The notes under the pieces are model-generated. The model was not told the DNA's origin. It saw only the letters and a list, made by a program, of their open reading frames with translations, and did not search any database. A stretch of DNA of 64,000 bases from Spirochaetia bacterium (GTDB taxonomy: Bacteria; Spirochaetota; Spirochaetia; SZUA-6; Bin103), in NCBI GenBank assembly GCA_965203515.1, contig OZ241907.1:768001-832000 (forward strand), given 5' to 3'. The position numbers and the translations under genes are program-made. Positions 19,566 through 31,974 of the stretch are shown piece after piece (position 1 is the stretch's first letter; each line of letters starts with the position of its first letter).

Positions 19566-20663
19566 ATGGCGCGGAGCGCAGACGCGATAGAGCGGGTCGA
19601 GGTCGACGCGCTCGACGGGGGCGAGGTCCTCGTCCGCGTGCGCACCGGCGCAGGAGTGACCGGCATCGGCGCGTTCCGCTGTCCGGCCAGCGTCGGCGTG
19701 CCGGTGGTCCGCGACCTGCTGGCCCCGGACATGGCCGGCATGAGCGTGCACGCGCCGGCCGCGGTGTGGGACCGGCTGTTCTACCGCCACGGCCGCACCG
19801 GGCAGTACATCCAGGCGATCGCCGCCGTCGACATCGCCTGTTGGGACGCGCTGGGCAAGACGCTCGGCCGGCCGGTGTACGAACTGTGGGGCGGCGCCGC
19901 GCGCACGACGCTGCCGCTCTACTGGAGCCAGGGTCTCGGCAGCCGCAAGACGCCGCAGGAGATGGTGGCCGACGTGCGCCGCGGCTGCGAGATGGGCTTC
20001 CGCGCGTACAAGATCCGCATGGACTGGGGGCCCACGGCGCCGGACGTCGATCCGGCCGCGGACCTGGAGCGCTTCCGCGCCTGCCGAAATTTCCTGCCGG
20101 CCGGCCACTCGCTCAGCTTCGACTGCAACTGGGGCTACAGCGTGAGCACCGCGATCCGTCAGGGCGAGGTCCTGCAGGAGCTGGGCGCCTTCCACTACGA
20201 GGAGCCGCTGCCGCACGTGAACCTGCCGGGCTACCGGCAGGTGGCGGACGCGTTGTCGATTCCGGTGTCGTGCGGGGAACTGGAGGCGACCCGCTGGCGG
20301 TTCCGCGACGTCATCCTGCTGGGCAATCCGGACATCCTGCAACCGGACATCCTCAACGCCGGCGGCCCGACGGAGGTGCGGCGCATCTACGACTTGGCCG
20401 ACGCGCACGGCAAGCCGCTCATGCCGCACAGCCCGGCGATCGGCATCCGCTCGTTCGCCAGCCTGCACCTGTTCGCCACCGGGCTCGGCAACACGCTGCC
20501 GCACGAGTTCTCGGACGAGGAGCTGCCCGACCGCAACCTGGAGCGCGCGCAGGAGCTCTACCACGAGCCGGTGCTGCCCGTGGACGGGGCGATTACGCTG
20601 AGCGACGCGCCGGGCTTCGGCCTGACCTTGAACGAAGCGGTGCTCCGCCGGCGGCTCGCCTGA
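19566..20663 (+). CDS. Mandelate racemase/muconate lactonizing enzyme family
   Basis: AAVDIACWDALGK, YKIR, FDCN, YEEP, GE, ILQPD. Confidence 0.9.
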   Translation: MARSADAIERVEVDALDGGEVLVRVRTGAGVTGIGAFRCPASVGVPVVRDLLAPDMAGMSVHAPAAVWDRLFYRHGRTGQYIQAIAAVDIACWDALGKTLGRPVYELWGGAARTTLPLYWSQGLGSRKTPQEMVADVRRGCEMGFRAYKIRMDWGPTAPDVDPAADLERFRACRNFLPAGHSLSFDCNWGYSVSTAIRQGEVLQELGAFHYEEPLPHVNLPGYRQVADALSIPVSCGELEATRWRFRDVILLGNPDILQPDILNAGGPTEVRRIYDLADAHGKPLMPHSPAIGIRSFASLHLFATGLGNTLPHEFSDEELPDRNLERAQELYHEPVLPVDGAITLSDAPGFGLTLNEAVLRRRLA

Positions 20664-20679
20664 CCCGAACCCGGCCGGC

Positions 20680-20707
20680 TTGACGCCGTCCGCCTCGGTG
20701 GTATCCT
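20680..20707 (+). promoter_or_regulatory. Sigma70-type promoter of sodC
   Basis: TTGACG-N16-TATCCT with TG extension; GAGGAGG RBS downstream. Confidence 0.55.
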
Positions 20708-20734
20708 GCGGCCGGAACGTCGAGAGGAGGAGAC

Positions 20735-21271
20735 ATGAAGACTCTTGCGCGCACCGTCGCGGCGGTCGCCGCCGTCGTCGTGGCCCCGGCCCTCGCATTG
20801 GCCGACATGGCCGGAGCCGAAGTCGTCGACGCCTCCGGTACGGTCATCGGCACGGTCGAGTTCGAGCAGATGCCGACCGGTGTGCTGATCTACGTCGCTC
20901 TCTCCGGCCTGCCGCCCGGTCCGCACGGCATCCACCTGCACGCCGCCGGCACCTGCTCGCCGGACTTCAGCGCCGCCGGCGGCCACATCAACCCGGACCA
21001 AAGGGCACACGGTCTTCGCAACCCCGACGGACCCGATAACGGCGACCTGCCCAACCTGTACGTTGCCGCGGACGGGACGGCGATGGCCGAGTTCTTCACC
21101 ACGCGCGTCTCTCTGACCGGCAATACCGACCTGCCGGCGCTGCTGGACGAGGACGGCTCGGCGGTGATCATCCACGATCAGCCGGACGACCACTTCACCC
21201 AACCGATTGGCGGAGCCGGAGGCCGCATCGCCTGCGGCGTCATCGTCGACATGCCCGAGATGGCGATGTAG
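20735..21271 (+). CDS. sodC: Cu/Zn superoxide dismutase, exported
   Basis: Signal peptide; HGIHLH, GGHINP, GDLPNL, VIIH, GGAGGRIACGVI. Confidence 0.93.
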   Translation: MKTLARTVAAVAAVVVAPALALADMAGAEVVDASGTVIGTVEFEQMPTGVLIYVALSGLPPGPHGIHLHAAGTCSPDFSAAGGHINPDQRAHGLRNPDGPDNGDLPNLYVAADGTAMAEFFTTRVSLTGNTDLPALLDEDGSAVIIHDQPDDHFTQPIGGAGGRIACGVIVDMPEMAM

Positions 21272-21330
21272 CTCTTCCCGTAAGCTGTACGGCAGCCTCG
21301 TCGAAACCGCGCCGGCGGTGGAGGGAACCC

Positions 21331-22491
21331 ATGAAGATCACCGACGTCAAGCTGATCACGCAGGAGCTGCCGGAGGGAGGCGGGCCGGGGCGTATTCCGC
21401 AGCTCGTGCAGGTGCCGGGCCTGCACCGCATCCAGTACCGGGCCGGCGTCGACGCGGAGCGGGAGCCGATCGTCACGCCGCCTTCGAAGCCGCGCGAACG
21501 CTTCGTGGAGGTGCGCACCGATCAGGGCATCACCGGCCGGGTGACCGCCTCCACCATGGACGAGTACCAGGTCGACCTGGTGCGGTCGATGGCCGTGGGC
21601 GAAAACCCCCTGCACCGCGAGCGGCTCTATCAGATGTTCCAGAAGGGAACCCGCTGGGTCTACCAGAAGCCGGGGTGGTTCGGCGACTTCGACAACTGCC
21701 TCTGGGACATCGCCGGCAAGGCGGCCGGTCTGCCCGTGCACGCCCTGATCGGCCGGGTGCGCGACCGCATTCCCTGCTACCTGACCGGCGGCGACATGGA
21801 CCGCGCAGGGTACCTGCGGCATATCGATGCCGCCCGGGCGATCGGGATCGACGCCTACAAGTTCCACACCTACAAGGGCGGCAAGGCCGACATCCCGCTA
21901 TTCACGGAGGCGCGCGCCATGGTCGGAGCCGATTTCGCGCTGATCAACGACCCGGTCTGCTCGTACGATCTGCGCGAGGCGATCGAGGTCGGCCGCGTCA
22001 TGGAGGAGCTCGATTTCGTCTGGCTGGAGGAGCCGTTTCACGAGCAGAAGATGCATCACTACCAGGAGCTGTGCGCCGCGCTGGACATGCCGGTGATGGC
22101 TACCGAGATGCTGATGCACGACATCGGCATCTCCACGCAGTGGTTGATGCACGGCGCCACGGACCTGCTGCGCGCCAACGCCCGCCACGGCGCGACGCCG
22201 GTCCTGAAGATGGCGCACTTCGCGGAGCTGTACGACACCACCATCGAGCTGAACTCCGCCGGCGGGCTGTACGGCCACGTCCACGCCACGCTCGGTTGCT
22301 GCATCGACAACACCAGCTACTACGAGTACATGAGCGAGGCTGCCGATACCCTGCGCACGGCCGGCGAGCAGTGGGGGATGGTGAACGCGCCGGTGGTGGA
22401 GGACGGCCGGCTGGCTCCCTGCGACCTGCCGGGCTGGGGCGCCGAGTGGGACGAACGGCGGTTCCGGTCGCTCATCGTCGCCGAACGATGA
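21331..22491 (+). CDS. Enolase-superfamily (mandelate racemase-like) enzyme
   Basis: DNCLWDIAGK, YKFH, WLEEP, PGWG. Confidence 0.85.
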   Translation: MKITDVKLITQELPEGGGPGRIPQLVQVPGLHRIQYRAGVDAEREPIVTPPSKPRERFVEVRTDQGITGRVTASTMDEYQVDLVRSMAVGENPLHRERLYQMFQKGTRWVYQKPGWFGDFDNCLWDIAGKAAGLPVHALIGRVRDRIPCYLTGGDMDRAGYLRHIDAARAIGIDAYKFHTYKGGKADIPLFTEARAMVGADFALINDPVCSYDLREAIEVGRVMEELDFVWLEEPFHEQKMHHYQELCAALDMPVMATEMLMHDIGISTQWLMHGATDLLRANARHGATPVLKMAHFAELYDTTIELNSAGGLYGHVHATLGCCIDNTSYYEYMSEAADTLRTAGEQWGMVNAPVVEDGRLAPCDLPGWGAEWDERRFRSLIVAER

Positions 22492-22509
22492 GGAACTGAC
22501 CGCGGCGGC

Positions 22510-24128
<1,619 letters not shown>

Positions 24129-24132
<4 letters not shown>

Positions 24133-25226
24133 CGTTGCGGATCGAGCGGCGCCTGCGCCCCAGCCGCGCCATGGTGGCGGTCTCGCCGGTGCTGGCCATG
24201 TTGCTCACCGGGGTCGTGGGCGGCGTCCTCTTCGCTGCGCGCGGGCTGCAGCCGCTGCCGGCGCTGTACGTCTACTTCGTCGAGCCGGTGACGACGCTCT
24301 GGTCGATCGAGGAGCTGATCGTCAAGGCGACGCCGCTGGTGCTGATCGGCGCCGGGCTGGCGGTCTGCTTCCGCGCCAACGTCTGGAACATCGGCGCCGA
24401 GGGGCAGCTCATAGCGGGGGCGATCGCCGGCGCCGCCATCCCCGTGCTGGCGACGCAGTGGGGATCGCCGCTGGCGCTGCCGCTGATGATGGCGCTCGGC
24501 GTCTGCGGCGGCATCGCCTGGGCGGCGATTCCCGCGCTGCTCCGCAATCGCTTCGGAGCGAACGAGATACTGACCAGCCTGATGCTGGTCTACGTGGCGC
24601 AGTTCCTGCTGGACTGGCTGGTGCGCGGTCCGTGGCGCGATCCGGCGGGGTTCAACTTTCCGGAGTCGGTCGAGTTGCAGGGCTTTCAGCTCCTGCCGAC
24701 GCTCGGCTACAGCCGCGTGCACCTGGGCGGAGCGTTCGCACTGCTGGCGGTGCTGGTGCTGTTCGTGTTCATGGCGCGCACGCTGAAGGGCTTCGAGATA
24801 CAGGTATCCGGCACCGCGCCGCGCGCCGGCGGCTTCGGCGGCTTCTCCCGGCCGCGCACCGTCTGGTTCTGCCTGGCGCTGTCCGGCGGCCTGGCGGGGC
24901 TGGCCGGCATCGGCGAGATCGCCGGGCCGGTCGGCCAACTGCAGCCGTCCATCTCGCCCGGCTACGGGTTCACGGCGATCATCGTGGCGTTCCTGGGCCG
25001 TCTCAACCCGATCGGGGTGCTGCTTGCCGGCGTCATCCTGGCGATCAGCTATCTCGGCGGCGAAGGCGCGCAGATCTCGCTGGGGCTCTCCGACCGGACG
25101 GCGCAGGTGTTTCAGGGCACGCTGCTGTTCTTCATCCTGGCGTGCGACACGCTGATCCGGTACCGGCTGCGGCTGCGCCTCGTCCCCGACGCCGGAGTCG
25201 GCGCGGCGGAGGAGCCGCAGCCGTGA
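24129..25226 (+). CDS. Purine/nucleoside ABC transporter permease
   Basis: WNIGAEGQ, NEILTSLML, GYGFTAIIVAFLGRLNP. Confidence 0.92.
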
Positions 25227-26143
25227 ACGAGCTGGAAGCGGTGCTCCTCACCATCATCACCGCGTCGACGCCGCTGCTGCTGGCCGCCATCGGCGAGCTG
25301 GTGGTCGAACGCTCGGGCGTGCTCAACCTGGGCGTGGAGGGGATGATGATCATGGGCGCGGTGAGCGGCTTCGCGGCGGCCTATACGTCGGGATCGGCGG
25401 CGATGGGCGTGGCCGTGTCGGCGGCGACCGGCATCGGCGTCGCGCTCCTGTTCGCGTACCTGACGCAGACGTTGGTGACCAACCAGGTCGCCACCGGACT
25501 GGCCCTCACCCTGTTCGGACTCGGCCTTGCCGGACTGATCGGCGAGAACTTCACGGGGCTCCCCGGCGTGAAGCTGCCGGCGGTCCGCATCCCGGTCCTC
25601 ACCGACATCCCGTTCCTGGGGCCGGTGGCGTTCGGCCAGGACCCGCTGGTCTACGGCTCGGTCGCCATCACCCTGCTGGTCGCCTGGACGCTGGCGCGTA
25701 CGCGCATCGGGCTGGTGATCCGCGCCACCGGCGGCAACCACTACTCCGCCCACGCGCTGGGCTACCGGGTGATCGCCGTGCGCTACGCGTGCATCGCCTT
25801 CGGCGGCGCCTGCGCGGGGCTGGCCGGCGGCTACCTCTCCCTGGTCTACACCCCGCAGTGGATCGAAAACATGACCGCCGGCCGCGGCTGGATCGCGCTG
25901 GCGCTGGTGGTCTTCTCGACCTGGGCGCCCCGGCGGGTCGTGATCGGCGCCTACCTGTTCGGCACCGTCTGGATCGTCGGCCTGTACGCGCAGGCAGCCG
26001 GGATCGACGTCGCGCCGCAACTCCTTTCGTCGCTGCCATATCTGGCCACGATCGCGGCGCTGGTGCTGATCTCCGGCAATCGTTTCTTGACGAAGGCGAA
26101 CACTCCTGCTTGCATTGGGCAGCCGTTCGTGCCGGAGCGATAG
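25223..26143 (+). CDS. Purine/nucleoside ABC transporter permease
   Basis: ERSGVLNLGVEG, GRGWIALALV, LPYLAT; GTG 25223 overlapping previous stop. Confidence 0.92.
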   Translation: MNELEAVLLTIITASTPLLLAAIGELVVERSGVLNLGVEGMMIMGAVSGFAAAYTSGSAAMGVAVSAATGIGVALLFAYLTQTLVTNQVATGLALTLFGLGLAGLIGENFTGLPGVKLPAVRIPVLTDIPFLGPVAFGQDPLVYGSVAITLLVAWTLARTRIGLVIRATGGNHYSAHALGYRVIAVRYACIAFGGACAGLAGGYLSLVYTPQWIENMTAGRGWIALALVVFSTWAPRRVVIGAYLFGTVWIVGLYAQAAGIDVAPQLLSSLPYLATIAALVLISGNRFLTKANTPACIGQPFVPER

Positions 26144-26205
26144 GGTCCGCGCGTACGGTACCGTCAATGTCATCGGACGGGGGACACCCCCGAAAGGAGT
26201 GCTCG

Positions 26206-27261
26206 ATGAAGAGATTATCGGTGATCGTGTTGGCGCTGGCGCTGACCGCGACCGCATTCGCTCAGGAGCTGAAAGTCGGCTTCGTCTACGTCGGTCCGAT
26301 CGGCGACCACGGCTGGACGTACCAGCACGATCGAGGCCGGCTGGACATCGAGGAGCAGCTCGGCGACCGGGTCGAGACGATCTATATCGAGAACGTGCCT
26401 GAAGGAGCCGACGCGGAGCGCGCCATCACGCGCCTTGCCCGCGAGGGCGCCGGCCTGATCTTTACGACCTCGTTCGGCTACATGGATACGACCATCAAGG
26501 TGGCCGAGCGGTTCCCGGACGTGAAGTTCGAGCACGCGACCGGCTACAAGCGCGCCGCCAACGTCTCGACCTACTCCGGGCGCTTCTACGAAGGGCGCTA
26601 CGTGATCGGTCAGATGGCGGCCCGCATGTCGGAGAGCGGCATCGCCGGCTACATCGTGTCGTTCCCGATCCCGGAGGTCGTGCGCGGCATCAACTCGTTC
26701 ATGCTCGGCGCTCAGTCGATCAACCCCGACTTCAAGATCAAGCTCATCTGGGTCAACTCGTGGTTCGATCCCGGCAAGGAGGCGGACGCGGCCAAGGTGC
26801 TGATCGGGCAGGGAGCCGACATCATGGTGCAGCACACCGACTCGACCGCTCCCCTGCAGATCGCGGAGGAGCAGGGCGCGATCGGCTTCGGGCAGGCGTC
26901 GGACATGTTCGCGTTCGCCCCGACTGCCCAACTCACCGCGGTCATCGACGATTGGGGGCCGTACTACGTCGCCCGTACGCAGGCGGTGCTCGACGGCACC
27001 TGGGAGTCGATGGATACCTGGGACGGCATCGGCCCGGGCATGGTCGTCATGGCCGACTACACCAACGTGCCGGATGACGTGGCGGCCATGGCCATGGAGA
27101 CCGAGGCGAAGATCGCCTCCGGCGAGCTGCACCCGTTCACGGGGCCGATCTACGACCAGGAAGGAACCATGGTGATCGGCGAGGGCGAGGTGCTCGACGA
27201 CGGCGCGCTGCTGAGCATGAATTGGTACGTGCGGGGCGTCGACGACAAGCTGCCGGAGTAA
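26206..27261 (+). CDS. BMP-family purine-binding protein
   Basis: Signal peptide; VGPIGDHGWTYQHD, TSFGY, SWFDPGKE, QHTDS; AAGGAG RBS. Confidence 0.92.
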   Translation: MKRLSVIVLALALTATAFAQELKVGFVYVGPIGDHGWTYQHDRGRLDIEEQLGDRVETIYIENVPEGADAERAITRLAREGAGLIFTTSFGYMDTTIKVAERFPDVKFEHATGYKRAANVSTYSGRFYEGRYVIGQMAARMSESGIAGYIVSFPIPEVVRGINSFMLGAQSINPDFKIKLIWVNSWFDPGKEADAAKVLIGQGADIMVQHTDSTAPLQIAEEQGAIGFGQASDMFAFAPTAQLTAVIDDWGPYYVARTQAVLDGTWESMDTWDGIGPGMVVMADYTNVPDDVAAMAMETEAKIASGELHPFTGPIYDQEGTMVIGEGEVLDDGALLSMNWYVRGVDDKLPE

Positions 27262-27348
27262 CCCCGCCCGGCAAGCCACCGGCGGCTCGGCGGCGGCGAT
27301 AGCGCCGTCACCCGAGCCGCCCCACGTCTGCAAAATGTCGACCCCGCC

Positions 27349-27870
27349 GTGACGCTCGCCGCGGTCAACGCTCTCGACGCCGCGGCGTTCACCGCCCGCT
27401 TTGGCGACGTGGCCGAGCACTCGCCGTGGGTGGCCGAACGCGCGGCGACCGCGCGCCCCTTCACCGACCGCGCGGAGATGATCGCCGCGTTCGTCGCCGC
27501 GGTGCGTGCGGCGCCGCCGGCAGCGCAGCTCGCCTTGCTGCGCGCCCATCCCGACCTGGCGGACCGGGCCGCCGTCGCCGGCGGCACCGGGGCGGACGAG
27601 ATCGCCGCCGAGTCGCGGCGGGAGCAGGCCGGCGCCGGCCTGGATCGGCTGACGCCGGACCAGTTCGCCCGCTTCGCGGAGCTGAACGCCCGGTACCGTG
27701 CCCGCTTCGGCTTTCCGTTCATCTTCGCCGTGAAGGGCGCGAACAAGGAGATGATCCTGACCGCCTTCGAGGAGCGGGTCGGCAACGGCCTGGCGGTCGA
27801 ACGCGCCGCGGCGCTGGCCAACGTGGAGCGCATCCTGCGGTTTCGCATCGAAGACCGGGTCGCGCCGTGA
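27349..27870 (+). CDS. uraD: OHCU decarboxylase
   Basis: EHSPWVAE, AHPDLA, SRREQAGAGL, RFGFPFIFAV. Confidence 0.93.
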   Translation: MTLAAVNALDAAAFTARFGDVAEHSPWVAERAATARPFTDRAEMIAAFVAAVRAAPPAAQLALLRAHPDLADRAAVAGGTGADEIAAESRREQAGAGLDRLTPDQFARFAELNARYRARFGFPFIFAVKGANKEMILTAFEERVGNGLAVERAAALANVERILRFRIEDRVAP

Positions 27871-29300
27871 GCGCCGCGGCCGGGCGAGTGGTGCGCGGCG
27901 CCCTGCTGAGCTACCGCGACGACCCGGTGCGGGCGGGGCCGCAGTCGGCCGTGCGGTTCCATCCCGACGGCGCGGTCGCGGTGGGCTCAGACGGACGGAT
28001 CGCCTGGTGCGGGCCGGCGGCCGACCTGCCCGATCGGTTCCGCGCGATGCCGACCGACGACTACGGCGCGGCGCTGGTGCTGCCGGGCTTCATCGACGCC
28101 CACGTCCACTTCCCGCAGTACCGCATGCTGGCCGCGCCGGGCGCCGACCTGCTCGACTGGCTGCGGCGATTCACCTATGCCGAGGAGCAGCGCTACGGCT
28201 CGGACGCCCACGCGCGGGCGGCGGCCGAGGTGTTCCTGGATCGGCTGGTGCAGCACGGTACGACCGCCGCCGTGGTCTTCTCCACCGTCCACCGCGGCGC
28301 GGCCGAGGCGCTGTTCGCGGCCGCGGAGGCGCGCGCCATGGCGATCGTGGCCGGCAAGACCATGATGGACCGCAACGCGCCGGCGGCGCTGTGCGACGAC
28401 CCGGCCGCCGGGGTGCGCGACAGCGAGGAGCTGATCGAGCGCTGGCACCGCCGCGGGCGGCTCCGCTATGCGATCACGGTGCGCTTTGCGGTCACCTCCA
28501 GCGAGGCGCAGCTCGCCGCCGCCGGCGACCTCGCCGCGCGCCATCCCGATTGCCACGTCCACACGCACCTTGCGGAGAGCCGGCCGGAGATCGAGCTGGT
28601 GGCGCGGGACTTTCCCTGGGCGCAGGACTACACCGATGTCTACGACCGCTTCGGTCTGGTCGGCGCCCGCAGCCTGTTCGCGCACGGCATCCATCTGTCG
28701 GCGCGCGCGCGCGCGCGCCTGTCGGCGGCCGGAGCGACGGTCGTGCACTGCCCGACCTCGAACACCTTCCTGGGATCGGGCTTGTTCGACCTGCGCGGCA
28801 CCAGGGACGGGGATCATGCGGTCGGCGTCGGCCTGGCGACCGACGTCGGAGGCGGCACCAGCTACTCGATGCTCCGCACCATGGGCGAGGCGTACAAGGT
28901 GGCGATGCTGCGCGGGTACCGGCCCGCCGCGCATGAGCTGTTCCACCTTGCCACCCGCGGCAACGCCCGCCGGCTGGGCCTCGACGACCGGATCGGGTCG
29001 CTGGAACCGGGCCTCTGGGCCGACGTGGTGGTGCTCGACCCGGCCGCCACGCCGGTGCTGGCCGCCCGCCACGAGCTGTCGGCGAGCATCGACGACATCC
29101 TGTTCGCCCTGGCCATCCTGGGCGACGACCGGGCCGTGCGCGCTACCTACGTCGCCGGCAACCGGGTGTGGCTCAGGCCGACCGCCGAAAGCGCCGGATG
29201 CGCCGCGAGCCGGCCGGATCGGCTCGCGCCGGTCCGGCGTGCCGGATTGGCGCGCGCCGGCATATCGGACAGACTGCGCGGCCACGGAGCAGGAGCCTGA
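27867..29300 (+). CDS. guaD: Guanine deaminase
   Basis: PGFIDAHVHFPQ, GKTMMDRNAP, HTHLAES, HCPTSNTFLGSG, TDVGGGTS, GDDRAV. Confidence 0.93.
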   Translation: MSAAAGRVVRGALLSYRDDPVRAGPQSAVRFHPDGAVAVGSDGRIAWCGPAADLPDRFRAMPTDDYGAALVLPGFIDAHVHFPQYRMLAAPGADLLDWLRRFTYAEEQRYGSDAHARAAAEVFLDRLVQHGTTAAVVFSTVHRGAAEALFAAAEARAMAIVAGKTMMDRNAPAALCDDPAAGVRDSEELIERWHRRGRLRYAITVRFAVTSSEAQLAAAGDLAARHPDCHVHTHLAESRPEIELVARDFPWAQDYTDVYDRFGLVGARSLFAHGIHLSARARARLSAAGATVVHCPTSNTFLGSGLFDLRGTRDGDHAVGVGLATDVGGGTSYSMLRTMGEAYKVAMLRGYRPAAHELFHLATRGNARRLGLDDRIGSLEPGLWADVVVLDPAATPVLAARHELSASIDDILFALAILGDDRAVRATYVAGNRVWLRPTAESAGCAASRPDRLAPVRRAGLARAGISDRLRGHGAGA

Positions 29301-29301
29301 C

Positions 29302-31092
29302 GTGAAGCGCGAACCGTGGCACGCGGTGGCGGCGGAGTTGGTGGAGGTCGCGGCCGGCCGGGCTGCCGCCGACGTGGTGATCCGCGGCGGGCGGTGGGTC
29401 AACGTGCTCACCCGCGAGGTGGTGCCGGGGATCGACATCGCCGTCCGCCGGGGCCGCATCGCCTGCATCGTGGAGGACGCCGGCTACTGCATCGGCGACC
29501 GCACGCGGGTGATCGAGGCCGATGGCCGGTTCCTGGCGCCGGGGCTGACCGACGGCCATCTGCACGTCGAGAGCAGCATGTGCACGATCACGGAGTACGT
29601 GCGCGCGGTGCTGCCGCACGGCACCACGGCGATCTTCGCCGACCCGCACGAGATCGCCAACGTCTTCGGCCTCGACGGCGTACGCATGATGGCGGCTGAG
29701 GCGGCGGCGGCGCCGATCAACGTCTTCGTGCAGATGCCGTCCTGCGTGCCGTCGGCGCCGGGTCTGGAGACCCCCGGCGCCCGCATCACGCCGGAGGACG
29801 TGCGGGAGGCGATGACCTGGCCCGGCATCGTCGGCCTGGGTGAGATGATGAACTTCCCCGGCGTGGTCGACGGCGACGCGCAGATGCTCGCCGAGATCGC
29901 CGCGACGATGCGCGCCGGCAAGACGGTGGGAGGCCATTACGCGAGCCCGGAGCTGGGCCGGCCGTTTCATGCCTACCTGGCGGGCGGCCCGGCCGACGAT
30001 CACGAGAACACGCGCGAGGTCGACGCCGTCGAGCGCGCGCGGCGCGGCATGCGCCCGATGCTTCGGTTGGGGTCGGCCTGGTACGACGTGGCGGCGCAGA
30101 TCACGGCCGTCATGGAGCGGGGGCTCGATCCGCGTCAGTTCATCCTCTGCACGGACGACGCGCACGCCGGCACGCTGGTCGCGGAGGGGCACATGGACCG
30201 GGTGGTCCGGCACGCGGTCGATCTTGGCCTCGACCCGCTGATCGCCTTGCAGATGGCGACGATCAATACCGCCGTGCACTTCGGCGTCGACCGCGACCTG
30301 GGCTGTCTGGCGCCGGGGCGCTATGCCGACGTCGTGCTGGCGGAGAGCCTGGACGACTTCACCGCCGGGCTGGTGATCGCGGCCGGTGAAGTGGCGGCCG
30401 AGGAGGGGAGGTTGCTGATCGACCTGCCGCCCTGGGCGCATGAGGAACGCTACCGCCGCTCGGTGCGGGTGCCGCGGCCGCTGGTGGCCGGGGACTTCGC
30501 GGTCGACGCCGGGAACCGCGAGGGGCCGGTGGCGGTCAACGTGATCGGCGTGATCGAGAATCACGCCGCGACCCGCCACCGGACGGCGACCCTGCAGGCG
30601 AGCGGCGGCAGGGTGCGGCCCGATACGGCCGGGGACGTGCTGCCGCTGGCCCTGATAGAGCGCCACCACGGCACCGGCAGGGTGGTGAACGGCTTCGTGC
30701 AGGGCTTCGGGTTCGAGGCCGCCTGCGGGGTGGCGACCACCGTCGCGCACGACAGCCACCACCTGCTGGTGACCGGGACCTGCGCGGAGCACATGGCGCA
30801 GGCGGCGAACGCGCTGGCCGGCGCCGGCGGCGGCGTGGTCGTGGTGCGCGACGGCCGGGTGATCGCGCTGGTCGAGTTGCCGATCGGCGGACTGATGTCC
30901 GACGAGCCGGCCGACGTGGTGGCCCGGAAGTCGGCGCGGGTGATGGCGGCGTTGCGGGAGTGCGGCTGCCCGCTCAACAACGGCTACATGCAGCTCAGCC
31001 TGCTGGCGCTGGCGGTCATACCGGAGCTGCGCATCTCCGATCTCGGCCTGGTCGACGTCAACCGCTTCGCGCACGTACCCGTGATCAGGTAG
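29302..31092 (+). CDS. ade: Adenine deaminase
   Basis: DGHLHVESS, DPHEIANV, PSCVPS, EMMNFPG, DDHE, TVAHDSHH, VIPELRISDLG. Confidence 0.93.
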   Translation: MKREPWHAVAAELVEVAAGRAAADVVIRGGRWVNVLTREVVPGIDIAVRRGRIACIVEDAGYCIGDRTRVIEADGRFLAPGLTDGHLHVESSMCTITEYVRAVLPHGTTAIFADPHEIANVFGLDGVRMMAAEAAAAPINVFVQMPSCVPSAPGLETPGARITPEDVREAMTWPGIVGLGEMMNFPGVVDGDAQMLAEIAATMRAGKTVGGHYASPELGRPFHAYLAGGPADDHENTREVDAVERARRGMRPMLRLGSAWYDVAAQITAVMERGLDPRQFILCTDDAHAGTLVAEGHMDRVVRHAVDLGLDPLIALQMATINTAVHFGVDRDLGCLAPGRYADVVLAESLDDFTAGLVIAAGEVAAEEGRLLIDLPPWAHEERYRRSVRVPRPLVAGDFAVDAGNREGPVAVNVIGVIENHAATRHRTATLQASGGRVRPDTAGDVLPLALIERHHGTGRVVNGFVQGFGFEAACGVATTVAHDSHHLLVTGTCAEHMAQAANALAGAGGGVVVVRDGRVIALVELPIGGLMSDEPADVVARKSARVMAALRECGCPLNNGYMQLSLLALAVIPELRISDLGLVDVNRFAHVPVIR

Positions 31093-31107
31093 GTAAGGGA
31101 GACGGCG

Positions 31108-31974
31108 ATGCGATTCGTTCGACAGCGGTACGGCAAGGCCAACGTCCGCGTGTTGCGCGTGCAGCGCACCGGGAACCGGCACGAGGTGCGGGAAAGCCGC
31201 GTGACGGTGACGTTGGACGGCGCGTTCTCCCGAGCCTATACGGCGGCGGACAACTCGGCGGTCGTCGCCACCGACACCATGAAGAACCTGGTGAACGTGC
31301 TGGCGCTCGCGCATCCGGATGCGGCCAATGAAGCGTTTGCTCTCGCGGTGGCGCAGCGCTTCATGGAGCGCTACGAGCAGGTGTCCGAAGCGTCTGTCCG
31401 GGTCGAGGAGACGGCGTGGAGCCGCATGCGGGTCGACGGCGTGGAGCACCCGCACGGCTTTGTGAGAGGGGAGGGCGGCACGCCGTTCGCCAGCGCCGTC
31501 GTGACCCGAACGTCGCGCCGGATCGAAGCCGGTTTCCGCGACTTCGCGATCATGAAGACCACCGGGTCCGGCTTCGTCGACTTCGTGCAGGACGAGTACA
31601 CGACCTTGCCGCCGACCGCCGACCGCATCCTGGCCACTCGCATGGCGGCGGTCTGGCGGTTCGCGGGCGGCGCGCCGGGCGACGGCGGCGACTACGGTAC
31701 GGTGACCGGCGGCACGGTCGCCGGCGCGATAAGGGAAGCGTTGCTCCGCGTCTTCGCGACCACCTACAGCCATTCGGTGCAGGACAGCCTGTACCGCATG
31801 GGCGAGGCGGCGCTCGCCGCGGCTCCGGCCGTCGACGAGATCACGCTGTCGATGCCCAACGTCCACTATCTGCCGATCGACCTGTCACCGTTCGGTCAGG
31901 ATGCGCGCGGCGCGCTGTTCCTGCCGACCGACGAGCCGAACGGACAGATCGAAGTGACGCTGAGGAGGCGATGA
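31108..31974 (+). CDS. pucL: Factor-independent urate hydroxylase (uricase)
   Basis: YGK, VVATDTMKN, KTTGSGF, DEYTTLP, SHSVQ, MPNVHY, PNGQIE. Confidence 0.93.
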   Translation: MRFVRQRYGKANVRVLRVQRTGNRHEVRESRVTVTLDGAFSRAYTAADNSAVVATDTMKNLVNVLALAHPDAANEAFALAVAQRFMERYEQVSEASVRVEETAWSRMRVDGVEHPHGFVRGEGGTPFASAVVTRTSRRIEAGFRDFAIMKTTGSGFVDFVQDEYTTLPPTADRILATRMAAVWRFAGGAPGDGGDYGTVTGGTVAGAIREALLRVFATTYSHSVQDSLYRMGEAALAAAPAVDEITLSMPNVHYLPIDLSPFGQDARGALFLPTDEPNGQIEVTLRRR